A DNA stretch of 64,000 bases, taken from IMG/VR virus record IMGVR_UViG_3300050821_000498; one strand, 5' to 3'. Each line of letters starts with the position of its first letter. Position 1 is the stretch's first letter. Under the pieces are notes generated by a model. That model saw only the letters and a program-made list of their open reading frames with translations, had not been told where the DNA came from and made no database searches. The translations under genes and the position numbers were made by a program. Source of the stretch: an uncultured virus (IMG/VR IMGVR_UViG_3300050821_000498). Its lineage: Duplodnaviria > Heunggongvirae > Uroviricota > Caudoviricetes. Positions 20,342-31,121 of the stretch are shown here, piece after piece.

Positions 20342-21631
20342 CTAGATATACCCTAAATCATGGTGTATGCCAACTTTGACTATCTCTAATTGATTAGCAT
20401 CTGAAGTCACTAAAGAGATAGCATTATGTGCTACTTGCAAATGATTACCATCAGCTTGTTGTGTTAGCCCGTACCATTGTCCCATATTGATTTCATTCAT
20501 CAAATAATCATGAGCTAACATGTCTCCACCAGATGTTATAGTCTGAACATATTCTGCAACTTGATGATAAAGAACTCCTGCATTTTTGCCAGCATCTAAT
20601 TGTGCTACATAGAAATTAAGCCCTGGAGTGTCTGCATCTCTACCAAGAATGAAATGGAACATATCTTGTACAATTTGTGTATTAGTCTGTCCAGCATGTA
20701 AAGCTTGCGCTTCAGGAGAATTCCAGATAGCTTGAGCAATAGTGTCCACTGAAAATGTTCCTTGCTTTATAAAATCAGCAAAGAACTTAATTGCTGCGGC
20801 TTCTGGTGCTCTACGAAGTTCTATAGCAAACATTTCAGCAACTTGTGCAGTCTCAACAGTAAAAGTTTGATCAATACCATTAAAGCCTGTGATAACATTT
20901 AGACTTATAATATTGTATGCTTGACTAGATGGATTAATATCCCTGCCTGGAAACTCGTTCCAAGGTATCACCATGAATCCATGATCACCTACGGAAGTTC
21001 CCCAGGAGTTTTGAACGATAAATCCACCGTTACCTCCGCACAAAGCCGGATCACTACCTACAATTAATCCAGCATGGCCTCCAAAGTCACCTCCTGCATA
21101 TCCATTCTGGTTGTCAGGGTTTATAGTGTAAAGATCGCCATGTTCTGCTGGATACCAAGATTTCACTGTAAAACCTATGATAACAGGCTTACCTTCCCGC
21201 AGATAATTATCTACCCAATTGACTATCATAGGGAAGGACATTGTAGCTGCCCTGCCATGATCTGGAGCTTCTACCCATCCAGTAATCTTATGCTGAGCAG
21301 CTTCATCAATGACAGCTTGAGGAGGCTTAGTGACAGCATTATCTAAGCTATATCCATAAGATGCTTCTGTGGCTACTCCTTTGTCCATCATAGTCTTCAT
21401 GACATAAGCTGGAATAGTTCCTGATGTAGCATTGTGCACTTGACCAGCCGCTGTTTGTGCATCATAATATAGTTGATCACGAGATAGGTTAAATGCTGGC
21501 AAGCCTTGTTCTATCTGGATAAAATTAATAGCAGCAGCTGCTGCATTAGGAACACATGAGCCTTGAGATTCTTGATCATAGATTTGACCAGCATATTTTC
21601 GTAAATCTATTACAGTTGGTAAAGATGACAT
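20342..21631 (-). CDS. Papain-family (C1A) cysteine protease fused to a C-terminal DUF4214-like domain
   Basis: DLR..DQ..QGSC, GGHA, QNSWG catalytic motifs; two L.R.(P/A)(E/D)...(F/Y) repeats. Confidence 0.85.
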   Translation of the reverse strand: MSSLPTVIDLRKYAGQIYDQESQGSCVPNAAAAAINFIQIEQGLPAFNLSRDQLYYDAQTAAGQVHNATSGTIPAYVMKTMMDKGVATEASYGYSLDNAVTKPPQAVIDEAAQHKITGWVEAPDHGRAATMSFPMIVNWVDNYLREGKPVIIGFTVKSWYPAEHGDLYTINPDNQNGYAGGDFGGHAGLIVGSDPALCGGNGGFIVQNSWGTSVGDHGFMVIPWNEFPGRDINPSSQAYNIISLNVITGFNGIDQTFTVETAQVAEMFAIELRRAPEAAAIKFFADFIKQGTFSVDTIAQAIWNSPEAQALHAGQTNTQIVQDMFHFILGRDADTPGLNFYVAQLDAGKNAGVLYHQVAEYVQTITSGGDMLAHDYLMNEINMGQWYGLTQQADGNHLQVAHNAISLVTSDANQLEIVKVGIHHDLGYI

Positions 21632-21648
21632 AGTTACCCCTTTATAAG

Positions 21649-22113
21649 TTATTTTAATTGTGCTTTTATATTAGTCACAAATACATTCCACTGAGTAATT
21701 TGGGAATTAACAACCGACATATCAGCACTTGTTCTAATCATCTCTTTACGCAAGAGTCGTTGTCCTCTTATAATATCTCTCATAGAGGATAGCTTATCTC
21801 CAGCAGCTATAATATCATCAGCGGCTTGCTGAGATGTCCATGATTTCGCTGTAGCCCATGAGGATACACTTGATGGAACATTGCCAGAGTAAGAGGCAGC
21901 TTTATAAGAGGAAGCTTGTGCATAAGCATTGTCATATTCTGCTTGACGATTGCCTATTGCCATAGCGTATATGGAATCTGTGTCTGCATCTATTTGCACA
22001 ATATACTGAGCAATAGAGTCTGCCAACACTGCTTGTTGTCTACTATTTATTTCAGCAGTTTCTTCAGGAGTGGCATCCCTGTATATACCATTATCTAATA
22101 TTTGGTAAGCCAT
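21649..22113 (-). CDS. Tail fibre assembly/chaperone-like protein
   Basis: Follows the fibre gene; helical EY..A..QA..Y pattern. Confidence 0.6.
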   Translation of the reverse strand: MAYQILDNGIYRDATPEETAEINSRQQAVLADSIAQYIVQIDADTDSIYAMAIGNRQAEYDNAYAQASSYKAASYSGNVPSSVSSWATAKSWTSQQAADDIIAAGDKLSSMRDIIRGQRLLRKEMIRTSADMSVVNSQITQWNVFVTNIKAQLK

Positions 22114-23435
22114 TATGAATTCCTATAGCCAAATACTTTAATTGTGCCGCCTGTGATATTATTGGCTCCTGAAAGATACAACCTGAATCCTGACACTACA
22201 GCAGAGTTAATATACATACCATTTATCGCTGAGTTGTTATAACTCCCTGTCCCTTGTTCAGTTATATTTGTCTGAAATTGCTTACCTAAACTCCCGTTAG
22301 CATTTACTACCACCATACTCCCACTTGCCCCATTTCCTCCTGCCAGTATACCTCCAGAGAGTAAAATACTTGCTCCAGCAGCTGTTGCAGTGCTGTTCGG
22401 ATTAACAGATATATAATTTGATCCAGTGTCTGCTGCACCAGCATTTGCAAATCTTATAGACAAGAAATCATTGGCAGATACGGCTAAACCCTCTAAAAAT
22501 ATAATATAATTATCATAAGTAGAGGAAAATATAGATAAGAAATCTACTGTAGCTACGGGACTGCTTATAGTTGTTGAATTTAATAATACTAGATATTGAT
22601 TTATTGTGGGTAATACAGTTGGTAATCCACTAGCTTTACAATAGTCAATAACTCTGCTATTACCAGCGCCATCGCCCCTAACTATCATGCTATCGCCAAC
22701 AGCTGTAGTTATATTAACTCCGCCTGGAAGAATTAACGTAGTAGCGTTGTTAGTTAATGTTAAAATTCCGTCAAATACTACTGTGCGTTCAGCACCACTA
22801 GGGATTGTAATAGCCGTAATAGTTGTAGTGCCTGTTATATGAACTAAATTGCCAGTGATTGATGTCAAATCAATAGTTGCAGCAGATGCAACGTTAGCGG
22901 CTTTAGATTCATCAATAGCTGCACCATTCATAGCTTGCTTGCCCGTGTACGTATTAGCCCCTAATGTAGCTCCACCAGCGGCTGCAAGAGATAGTTGCCA
23001 ATCAGTGAAAGTGCCTGAACCAGTATTAGATGTAAAGTTAATAGTTAAGCTTGTGCCACTATAAGCAGTTACAGTGCCTAACATAGTAGCAGATGGAGTG
23101 CCAGAGCTGGCAGCTACAAAAGTCATCCCTACAACAATACTCTTACCACTCTGAGTTGTGAATGTCTTGCTTCCATTACCAATAGTAAAAGATGTAGAGG
23201 AAGTGCATTGTGTGCCAGGGGCATTCACTGCTGTCAAGGCACTCGCAGCAGCAGCATTAGCTTGAGCAGTAGCAAGAACAACTTGCGCAGCAGCAGAAGA
23301 TACCTTACCAGACGTATCTGTCATTGTGTCTTGTATCATAGGGAATAACCATGTACGGAAACCCCCATTATTCATATCCTTGGTAGTCGTACCGTCATCT
23401 GAATATGTGTTACCATTAACTGTAACTTGTGTCAA
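22113..23435 (-). CDS. Tail fibre / receptor-binding protein
   Basis: Thr/Ser/Gly-rich beta protein, Ala-rich coiled segment, distal tail position. Confidence 0.75.
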   Translation of the reverse strand: MTQVTVNGNTYSDDGTTTKDMNNGGFRTWLFPMIQDTMTDTSGKVSSAAAQVVLATAQANAAAASALTAVNAPGTQCTSSTSFTIGNGSKTFTTQSGKSIVVGMTFVAASSGTPSATMLGTVTAYSGTSLTINFTSNTGSGTFTDWQLSLAAAGGATLGANTYTGKQAMNGAAIDESKAANVASAATIDLTSITGNLVHITGTTTITAITIPSGAERTVVFDGILTLTNNATTLILPGGVNITTAVGDSMIVRGDGAGNSRVIDYCKASGLPTVLPTINQYLVLLNSTTISSPVATVDFLSIFSSTYDNYIIFLEGLAVSANDFLSIRFANAGAADTGSNYISVNPNSTATAAGASILLSGGILAGGNGASGSMVVVNANGSLGKQFQTNITEQGTGSYNNSAINGMYINSAVVSGFRLYLSGANNITGGTIKVFGYRNS

Positions 23436-23468
23436 TTTATTCTCCTAATTTATTGCTTGGATGGGAAA

Positions 23469-24344
23469 CTATGGAAGCAACTCTTTTAAGTCGTACGCAG
23501 CCTTGTTCATCCCGTAGTTTGGATATTCTATAGGTGAGAGGGTTCTCAACCGTCCTAAAAATCTTGTCCTAATAGCATGTATTGTGTCGTTAGGATTTTG
23601 TATAAATAACACTTCACCATCTAAACCAGCTTGTCTGAACATCTCAAATGCTTGTGCAAAAGACTCGTCTACTGTTAGAATATCGAATGTAAATTTAGCT
23701 ACTCGGTATGGAGTACGCCTTTGGAAGTATTCTGCACCACTGATCGCCGCTTGCACTTGTGTAGGAGATTCCCAACCAAGACTTGCAGAGCCAAATTGAG
23801 CATTAACCACTGGTTGCCATGTTGGTGCTGTAAATAACCTACCAATGCTTATATAACCAGCTGGATTAGTAGTGTCGTTAATCTCAATCCTCATATATGT
23901 TGCTAAATAGTTTTTATCTAATATGTGATTGAGTGAACTTGTGTACCCTACTAATTGTGCAGTGGTATACGACCCACGCCAGAATCCATTATTTTCCCAC
24001 TCAAGATAACCATAAGGATATACAACTGGATAAACATTTTGAAACCCAGAGTCATATTTAAGGTTTGTCATTCCTACATCCGACCATATTCTTATTCGAT
24101 ATGTTCCATAGACACTTATACTATGATTGGTAAGATTTATGACGTTTATGTTCTGAGGATTTGTGCTAAAGTTGACATCAAACTGTGTACTAGCAAGGGT
24201 GGCATTTGTACTTCTAGCAACTTTACCTAGTTGTCTTATTTGTAAATTACTAAGAGGCAGCGCAGAAGTCCAACTTCCCCCTGTAAGTGTTGCTGAATCT
24301 CCGACATTAGGAAAACCTAACATGATATTATTGCTGAATGTCAT
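23469..24344 (-). CDS. Tail tip protein
   Basis: Position; YMRIEIND..GYISIGRLF motif. Confidence 0.65.
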   Translation of the reverse strand: MTFSNNIMLGFPNVGDSATLTGGSWTSALPLSNLQIRQLGKVARSTNATLASTQFDVNFSTNPQNINVINLTNHSISVYGTYRIRIWSDVGMTNLKYDSGFQNVYPVVYPYGYLEWENNGFWRGSYTTAQLVGYTSSLNHILDKNYLATYMRIEINDTTNPAGYISIGRLFTAPTWQPVVNAQFGSASLGWESPTQVQAAISGAEYFQRRTPYRVAKFTFDILTVDESFAQAFEMFRQAGLDGEVLFIQNPNDTIHAIRTRFLGRLRTLSPIEYPNYGMNKAAYDLKELLP

Positions 24345-24345
24345 T

Positions 24346-25875
24346 TTATCCCCATAATGTAAGCACTACTTTTGAAGTTAGCAACGTTATTGCATAACCA
24401 ATTATTCTAAATGATTTTCCATAAGTCATGCCGTATCTAGGAACTTGCAGAATAGCGATATCCATAAGCTTCATCTGATTTGCTGTGAATACACTCAAAT
24501 CAATTGTTACTTCCCACATGTCACGCCTTACTTTGTATAGCGTAAGAAGCCTATTAGCCTCAGTTGTAGCATCTGCAAGAGTTGTTAACAATGTATCTCT
24601 GTTGAGAGGTACTGATTGCTGCCATTGAGTTAATATGGTAGAGTCTGCCGAAGTGTATGTACGGAACTGATTGGCAAGATATCCTTGTCTTCCAGCAATA
24701 GCTAAAGCTGCTCCTGCAATATCACTTGTCTGAGTAGTAAATATTTTCTGATAATTTAGATTTACTTGCCAAGTAGGAATACCATTATCAGACGGAACTT
24801 TTCTAGTGATTGTTTCACCTAAATCCATTAACTGCAATGTCGTGCCTGGAGTAACATTAAATGGGTCAGTAAGCCTACCTACTCTTAATGTACCTGTATA
24901 ATCAAAACCAAACCATCCACCTACACTTGACAAAACAGATGTAATGGCAGCTTCAAAGGTTGTTGTGTTATCATTGATCCATATACCACACACAGCACTA
25001 TTTAGAGTATCTAATGCAGATACGTCTGAAGAAGATATCTCACTAGTAAGTAGTCCAGACGCCAAAGCAAACTGATTGTATAATTGTGCAGCTGTTCTAG
25101 CTGCTGCATTACTTCCTGCTGTGACATCTGCTGTAATAAGACCATCTAGGGTGTAGTTGATCCTGAAATACCCTCCACCGGGCCATGTACGGTACTGCCC
25201 AGATGTAGGAGCATTTGTTTCCATGTCTGACTGGCTTGTATAGTCTGCCCCTTTAGTAAGCGCATTACCGCGAGAGTAGACAGCATCTACCGAGTTACAA
25301 ACACCTACTTCATAAATCAATCTGGAAGTGTTTACAAGTGGCGGAGAGACATTAAATACTTGTCCGTACGTCTTAGGCTTGACTTTTCCAAGTAAATCAG
25401 TGGCAGTACCTTCTAAGCCGTTAGGAAGGCTATTGTTGCCAAGATAAACAGTTGTTAACACAGGCTTCTGTAGCCTGAACTGTTTATCCTTTAATCTTAT
25501 AATAATCTTGTCCCAATCAACTTCTATACTATCCACTGTCCCATACAGAACATTTGTATATGTAGAGTATGCTGCTGAGGGATCACCAGTTTTTATGATT
25601 ACTGGCCTACCGTCAAAACTGTAGTTGATCCATGCATCCAAACCTCCATCTGTATTAGCAATAGTGATTTCACCAGTTTGTATCTGTGAAGCACCTCCGG
25701 TTTTACCATCCGAAAATGCTGTAATTCCGATAGTACCTGGATCAATCAATCTAGATTCAAAAGATATATTAGAAGGTACATCAGAAGCCAGTGTTGTATA
25801 TCCTGCTTCTGACAGGTAAAACGTTTGAAGAGTTCCACTGCTGTCAATTGCTGCTGTTAACTCTACAGTAATCAT
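24346..25875 (-). CDS. Tail tip / hub protein
   Basis: Directly after the TMP; G.I.I.N.DG.LD and KPK.YG.V.N motifs. Confidence 0.65.
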   Translation of the reverse strand: MITVELTAAIDSSGTLQTFYLSEAGYTTLASDVPSNISFESRLIDPGTIGITAFSDGKTGGASQIQTGEITIANTDGGLDAWINYSFDGRPVIIKTGDPSAAYSTYTNVLYGTVDSIEVDWDKIIIRLKDKQFRLQKPVLTTVYLGNNSLPNGLEGTATDLLGKVKPKTYGQVFNVSPPLVNTSRLIYEVGVCNSVDAVYSRGNALTKGADYTSQSDMETNAPTSGQYRTWPGGGYFRINYTLDGLITADVTAGSNAAARTAAQLYNQFALASGLLTSEISSSDVSALDTLNSAVCGIWINDNTTTFEAAITSVLSSVGGWFGFDYTGTLRVGRLTDPFNVTPGTTLQLMDLGETITRKVPSDNGIPTWQVNLNYQKIFTTQTSDIAGAALAIAGRQGYLANQFRTYTSADSTILTQWQQSVPLNRDTLLTTLADATTEANRLLTLYKVRRDMWEVTIDLSVFTANQMKLMDIAILQVPRYGMTYGKSFRIIGYAITLLTSKVVLTLWG

Positions 25876-28800
25876 CGTTTAGCAAGCTCCCTATTAGTTT
25901 TATCTTGTGTTGTCACCAATGTATCTAGTTTCTCTATAGTAGCCATAGCCACTGCTCCACGTTGCTCTTTGTCAGCCTTTAGTTCTACAACAACTTGCTT
26001 CATAGTATCAACCATAGCTGCCATTCCTTCACCCATACCTTGAGCAGATTTAGCAGGTAATACCATCTCACCTCTGTGCAAGTTAGCTCTCCAGTTATCT
26101 CTAGGTATGAAGTCAGCCCCTGCTGCATGACTGCCATCTACAATAGTGTTTGTAGTAGGATGTTGACCAGCATCAAACATAGCTGTAATAGCTTTCCAAT
26201 AAGCAGAACCATGACCTGTACTAGCTAATATCACATCTTCAACAGTCTGATTTCTTATAGATGGATCATTACTCGCTTGGTATAATCCTACTATTTTCTG
26301 AGAGTTTGTTGTCAGATTCTCTAACCAAGCTGCTCCACCAGTTTGTGTAAAATCAGATGAGTGTGCTAAGGAATAGTCATAAGCATTATTCCCATACTGA
26401 GCAGAATAAGCTTTAGAAGCGGCTAACTGCGCTGCTGCTCCTTGAGTACCGTCTTGAGGGAGTCCAGCAGTAGCGGCAGATGTTCCACCACCACCAAGAT
26501 AAGCCATTAAAGCTGCTTGGAAACTTTGTAACTTATCATTAATACCTGTGATACCCTCAACTTGTTGATTCATGTAAGCTAAGGATTGCTGTTCTACTGT
26601 CAATTGCTGTTGAGCAGCCGAGCTTACACTATCTAAAGTTTGCTGAACTAACATATAATCGTTAACATAACCTGTAGTAGCAGAATTGTAAGTTTTAGAT
26701 ATGGTCAAGAATTGCTGAGCCATATTTGTCAAATTACTCTGCGCTGTACTATCCCCACCTTTAGCAGCATTAGCAGTATCTTGGAATTGCTTCCTAGCTT
26801 CTGCGTATTGTTGATCTGGTGACAATGTAGATAAATTACCCAGACTTAATGAAGCTTTGAAAGCACTTATTTGTGTAATGAAAGCTGTAAGATTAGTAAT
26901 TACAGACTGTATTGCACTGCTCTCTCTATCGTATGCTGTCTTTAAGTTTGTCCTCAAAGTGTCTATAGCTGTAGCAGATGCTTGAGCAGCAGCCGTAGCC
27001 GCAGCTGTAGTGTTGTCTATTACAGTTGCAAATGAACTTGATAAGCCTATTAACGTTGCATATAATGTCTTATTAGAGTCATTAGTAAGGTCTATACTGT
27101 TAGCAAGATCAATAAATCCTTGCTTGCTAGTTGGCATTACTAAACCCATCGTTTTAAAAGCATCCTGCAATTGCTTAGTTTGCATTACCAATTGTTGCTC
27201 AGGAGAGTACATACTCGTGAAGAATGTAGACATCGCCGTCTGCATATTAGCTAACCCACCAAACGCTTGCTGAAGCTTGTAAGCTGCGTTAGCGCCATCC
27301 AAACCTACTGCAAATATCTTTTGACCAAGTTGTTCTAATAATACATTTACTGGTTGTAAAGCTGTTGCCAATCTTACGAGCGTGGCTGAAGCACCTTCAT
27401 TAGCCAGTGCATATTTCTCAAGTCCTGGAGCAATTGCTGCTGCCATACTATCAGATATAGCAGTCATAGCATTTGTAATATTTGTCTGTGTTTCTGCTGC
27501 TGTTGTACCTAATGCAAAACTTATAGTATCTGTTCTATTGACAATACTGTCGGCGGTCAACCCTAGAGATTTAGCATACTCAGTATTGGCGGATTTTAAT
27601 GCCGAATAAGCATCCACTAAACCTTTTTGCAATGCGCTATCAGAAGATTTACTTGCTGTGTCTTGATACGCAACACCATCTGCCATAGCTGTACTGTTAG
27701 ATAGATTGTAAGACCACGTACCACTCTTGTCACTTCGTAGCCATCCACCAGATTGTGTCCAAGGAACATTACGAGAAGCGTTTAGGCTACCATCTGCTGC
27801 AAAACTTCCTGTTACAGTTTGATTGCCAAGTTGTTTATCGCCCATACTAAAGGCAGATTTAATCAAAGCATAGGCCGCTACAACAGCAGCAATATAAGGA
27901 ATAGCCGTTGCTACCATTGCACCTGCACTAGCTCCAGCAGTACCCATAGAAAGGGCTGTACTTCCAGCTAATGTGCCAGCGCCTTGCATGCCCATACCAA
28001 AACCAGCCATTGTTTCAGAACCTATTGCACCACCTAAGCCTGCTATACCTTGTCCAGTATACATTGCAAGACTGTTTCCTGCGCCTTGAAAAGCTCCCCA
28101 CATATTGGATGCAGTTCCCATCAAGCTTAAGCCACTTCCCGCGGCCCCTGCAACTCCTCCAGCACTGGCAGCATTAGGGTTAATTATAGAAGCACCAAAA
28201 GCAGATATTGGCTGTATAATAGGGTTCAATACTAACCTAGCAAACCAAGACTTAACATCTTGCATGAGCTTCTTAAATCCATTACTACCACCTCTACCTA
28301 TAGCATTATATAAACCATCTTCAATAGATTTGCTGGAAGCATTGAAAGCATCTTCATATTTCTTGGCTTGATCCCGATAAGATGCTTGTCCCTCAACTGT
28401 TAATTGACCGTTACGCAAACGTTGCAATGCTTCTATTTCAGACCTTAACTCATCTACCTTCTTTTGCATGTCATCGCCAAAACCAGATTTAGCCAAGTCT
28501 GTTGCTTGCATTTCTTTTTCAGCAATCGCAATCGCAGTAATAGATGATGCTAATTTATCATTAGTTGCAGCTTTGTCTTCAATCTTCTTTATTTGCTCAT
28601 TGATATTTTTCATGAATGAATCATGAGTTTTCTTATCAGCATCTAAAAAAGCTTGTTCGTAAGCTACTCTCTTATCTGAGTTAGCATTGATCTTATTTTC
28701 GTAGTCTTCAATAGATTTCAAATCTGAAGTTCTTAATGCATCCCTTTTACCTTGAGCATTTTGAGCCTCTGTAGAATCTTTACCATACCTAGAAATTTGC

Positions 28801-30671
28801 CTAGATACAAACTCATCAGCTAGTGCCTCAGCTTTATTATACTGATCAACTCTAATAGCCTCTTCGTCTTGTAAAGCTTTACCAATCTTTTCAAAACCGT
28901 CTAATTGAGATATAACATTGTTCTGCATATCTCTTGTAAATTGTTTTACACTATTACTCAAAGGAACAACTGCTTCATCGGCGGACTGAGCTAAAGCTTT
29001 CAATTGTGCATCAAATGTAGATGCGGCAGAATCTTTACCTTTAACTTTATATTGTTCCTCAATAGCTTTCAAAGCCTCTAAGTGAGTTTTTTCTGCCAAC
29101 TCAGATGCTTTATTAATGGAGTCTATCTGCTTTTGAGAACCACCCTCATTTGCAACTAAAGCCGTGTTTATAGACTCTTTAGCTTTTACATAGTCTCTGT
29201 CTGCATCTAAGATAGCTTGCGCATGGGCAGCATCTCTCCCTTTTGGCGCAGATTTTACATAGTCATTAACAGCTTTTACTGCGTCACCACCTAAACCTAA
29301 CGCCTGATTGTCTTTAGCTAATTTATTTTTAGCATCAATCTCATCTTGAAGTTTCTGTACTATAGCTGTATCAGTTACCAGCATAGCTTGAAGAGACTTT
29401 AGAGAGTTTCCGTTAGAAAAGTCAAATTGCTGTCCATTAGCTTTCATTTTATCAATAGCAGCTTGTGTCTCTAAAAGATTCTTTACAGCACTACGCCATT
29501 TATCTCCGAGTGGATCACCAGCACCCCACGAAAACATTTTATCTTTAACATACCCTATTGCATCTCCCCAACCTACCCACATTGTCTTTAAGATGCCCAT
29601 ATCTTTTTGGCCTTGTTCTGCCATACGTGATTGAGTCTCTTGCAATGCTTTTATAGCGTAAGCTGTAGCGTCTGCTTCATGGCCTTCTTGTTGTAATCTT
29701 TGTATTACAGACATTTGTACAGCATCGAAAGCATGATGTTGAGCTTGATAATTATCTACCCATTTGCCTACACCATCTGACATTTTAGCCAGTTCTTTCA
29801 CTACATCTTCAATAGCTTCACCGCTATCTTTAGCCATCTGGACAGCTACTTTTGTGAATGTAACTAAATTATCTCCAGATACCTTGCCAGATGCAGCTAA
29901 TAGTGTCATAGCTGTGGCTGTATCTTGAATACGTGTTCCACTATTTGAAGCTGCTATTGACAAGCCCATCATCTGAGCAGAAGTGTATCCTACATAGTTA
30001 TTGGTATTCTTTAAAGCTTCCCCCATGGCGCTGACAGCTTGCATACCTTGTATGAACTGATACCCCATGAAAGCCGCTGCACCTCCAAGGGCTATTATTC
30101 CTAATGTCACAGGATTCATAAAGAAGCTTACGATACTAAGCAAATTCCCTGAACGTTCTGCTAACACCATCATAGAGCCTGGAATACGGCTGAAGTTGCC
30201 ACTTACAAATTCATGACCTAATACTAATATCTCACGATAAAAGCCTACAGTACCGTGCTTAGCTGTTTCTGCTCCAGCAGCAGTCTTAGTCCCCATTTCT
30301 GCATAAGCATTCCCAACGGACTGAGCTTGAGCTATAGTGTCAGAACTAAAACCTTTTTGAGTGGCTTGCAGAGCTAGAACATCTTTCTTGCTGCCGTCGA
30401 TAATAAGCTGTCTACGAGACAACATATCTTGGAAAGCTTTTTCAGAAGCAGACATAGAAGCTGTGCTACCATTCATTGCAGCAGCAGCCTGTTGAGCAGC
30501 TTGTGTGCCAGTCTTTTGAGCATCTGCTAATTTAACTACATTACTTGATTGAGAATTGACAGCAGCAGACGCAGCAGCACTAGCCGACGCTAGATTTTTT
30601 AAATCGTTAGTAGCTTCTTGAATACCAGAAGATTTAACTTCAATGGTTAGTGTTGAGACATCTATAGCCAT
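25872..30671 (-). CDS. Tail tape measure protein
   Basis: 1599 aa, Ala-rich and helical; C-terminal GSHA.G...LHRGEMVLP; follows the chaperone pair. Confidence 0.92.
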   Translation of the reverse strand: MAIDVSTLTIEVKSSGIQEATNDLKNLASASAAASAAVNSQSSNVVKLADAQKTGTQAAQQAAAAMNGSTASMSASEKAFQDMLSRRQLIIDGSKKDVLALQATQKGFSSDTIAQAQSVGNAYAEMGTKTAAGAETAKHGTVGFYREILVLGHEFVSGNFSRIPGSMMVLAERSGNLLSIVSFFMNPVTLGIIALGGAAAFMGYQFIQGMQAVSAMGEALKNTNNYVGYTSAQMMGLSIAASNSGTRIQDTATAMTLLAASGKVSGDNLVTFTKVAVQMAKDSGEAIEDVVKELAKMSDGVGKWVDNYQAQHHAFDAVQMSVIQRLQQEGHEADATAYAIKALQETQSRMAEQGQKDMGILKTMWVGWGDAIGYVKDKMFSWGAGDPLGDKWRSAVKNLLETQAAIDKMKANGQQFDFSNGNSLKSLQAMLVTDTAIVQKLQDEIDAKNKLAKDNQALGLGGDAVKAVNDYVKSAPKGRDAAHAQAILDADRDYVKAKESINTALVANEGGSQKQIDSINKASELAEKTHLEALKAIEEQYKVKGKDSAASTFDAQLKALAQSADEAVVPLSNSVKQFTRDMQNNVISQLDGFEKIGKALQDEEAIRVDQYNKAEALADEFVSRQISRYGKDSTEAQNAQGKRDALRTSDLKSIEDYENKINANSDKRVAYEQAFLDADKKTHDSFMKNINEQIKKIEDKAATNDKLASSITAIAIAEKEMQATDLAKSGFGDDMQKKVDELRSEIEALQRLRNGQLTVEGQASYRDQAKKYEDAFNASSKSIEDGLYNAIGRGGSNGFKKLMQDVKSWFARLVLNPIIQPISAFGASIINPNAASAGGVAGAAGSGLSLMGTASNMWGAFQGAGNSLAMYTGQGIAGLGGAIGSETMAGFGMGMQGAGTLAGSTALSMGTAGASAGAMVATAIPYIAAVVAAYALIKSAFSMGDKQLGNQTVTGSFAADGSLNASRNVPWTQSGGWLRSDKSGTWSYNLSNSTAMADGVAYQDTASKSSDSALQKGLVDAYSALKSANTEYAKSLGLTADSIVNRTDTISFALGTTAAETQTNITNAMTAISDSMAAAIAPGLEKYALANEGASATLVRLATALQPVNVLLEQLGQKIFAVGLDGANAAYKLQQAFGGLANMQTAMSTFFTSMYSPEQQLVMQTKQLQDAFKTMGLVMPTSKQGFIDLANSIDLTNDSNKTLYATLIGLSSSFATVIDNTTAAATAAAQASATAIDTLRTNLKTAYDRESSAIQSVITNLTAFITQISAFKASLSLGNLSTLSPDQQYAEARKQFQDTANAAKGGDSTAQSNLTNMAQQFLTISKTYNSATTGYVNDYMLVQQTLDSVSSAAQQQLTVEQQSLAYMNQQVEGITGINDKLQSFQAALMAYLGGGGTSAATAGLPQDGTQGAAAQLAASKAYSAQYGNNAYDYSLAHSSDFTQTGGAAWLENLTTNSQKIVGLYQASNDPSIRNQTVEDVILASTGHGSAYWKAITAMFDAGQHPTTNTIVDGSHAAGADFIPRDNWRANLHRGEMVLPAKSAQGMGEGMAAMVDTMKQVVVELKADKEQRGAVAMATIEKLDTLVTTQDKTNRELAKR

Positions 30672-30672
30672 G

Positions 30673-31104
30673 CTACAATCCTTTTCTTTGTTTCATTCTA
30701 CTAGCAAAGATATTCTTAATCTTAGCTGCTATCATTTCTCTTTGTTCTTCTGTAGGAGTTGGCATATAAGGCTGTGGCCTGTCTTTGTCATTTCCTGCAT
30801 GGTATTCATTTATATAAGCTTCGCTTAATCCTCTTATAAGAAGAAGCTCATAAAATGTACAAGGAACATCTCTTACATTATTCCAAGCTTCTAACTCTTG
30901 CCAATCGAGAGGGACAATTCCCATACCTGTTTGTATGCATATTCCAGATTCACTGAATAAATTTAAATATTCATCTAATCCTTCAGTTTCGGGAAATATA
31001 GGCTGGAAGCTGTCCCAATCTTCGCAATGCTCATCAAAGCTTACTTTTTCTAACGTATATCTATTTTCTTTAGAGCCTTCTGGCGTGGAGCTATACCAAG
31101 CCAT
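30673..31104 (-). CDS. Tail assembly chaperone, C-terminal part (lambda gpT-like)
   Basis: PLDWQELEAW motif; joined to the upstream gene by a -1 frameshift. Confidence 0.8.
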   Translation of the reverse strand: MAWYSSTPEGSKENRYTLEKVSFDEHCEDWDSFQPIFPETEGLDEYLNLFSESGICIQTGMGIVPLDWQELEAWNNVRDVPCTFYELLLIRGLSEAYINEYHAGNDKDRPQPYMPTPTEEQREMIAAKIKNIFASRMKQRKGL

Positions 31105-31121
31105 TTGCCTAACGTGGAGAG

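Noticed and set aside
22113..23435. Diversity-generating retroelement or invertible tail fibre cassette
   Set aside because: No reverse transcriptase, no template/variable repeat pair and no inverted fibre copy; the recombinase is ~26 kb away.
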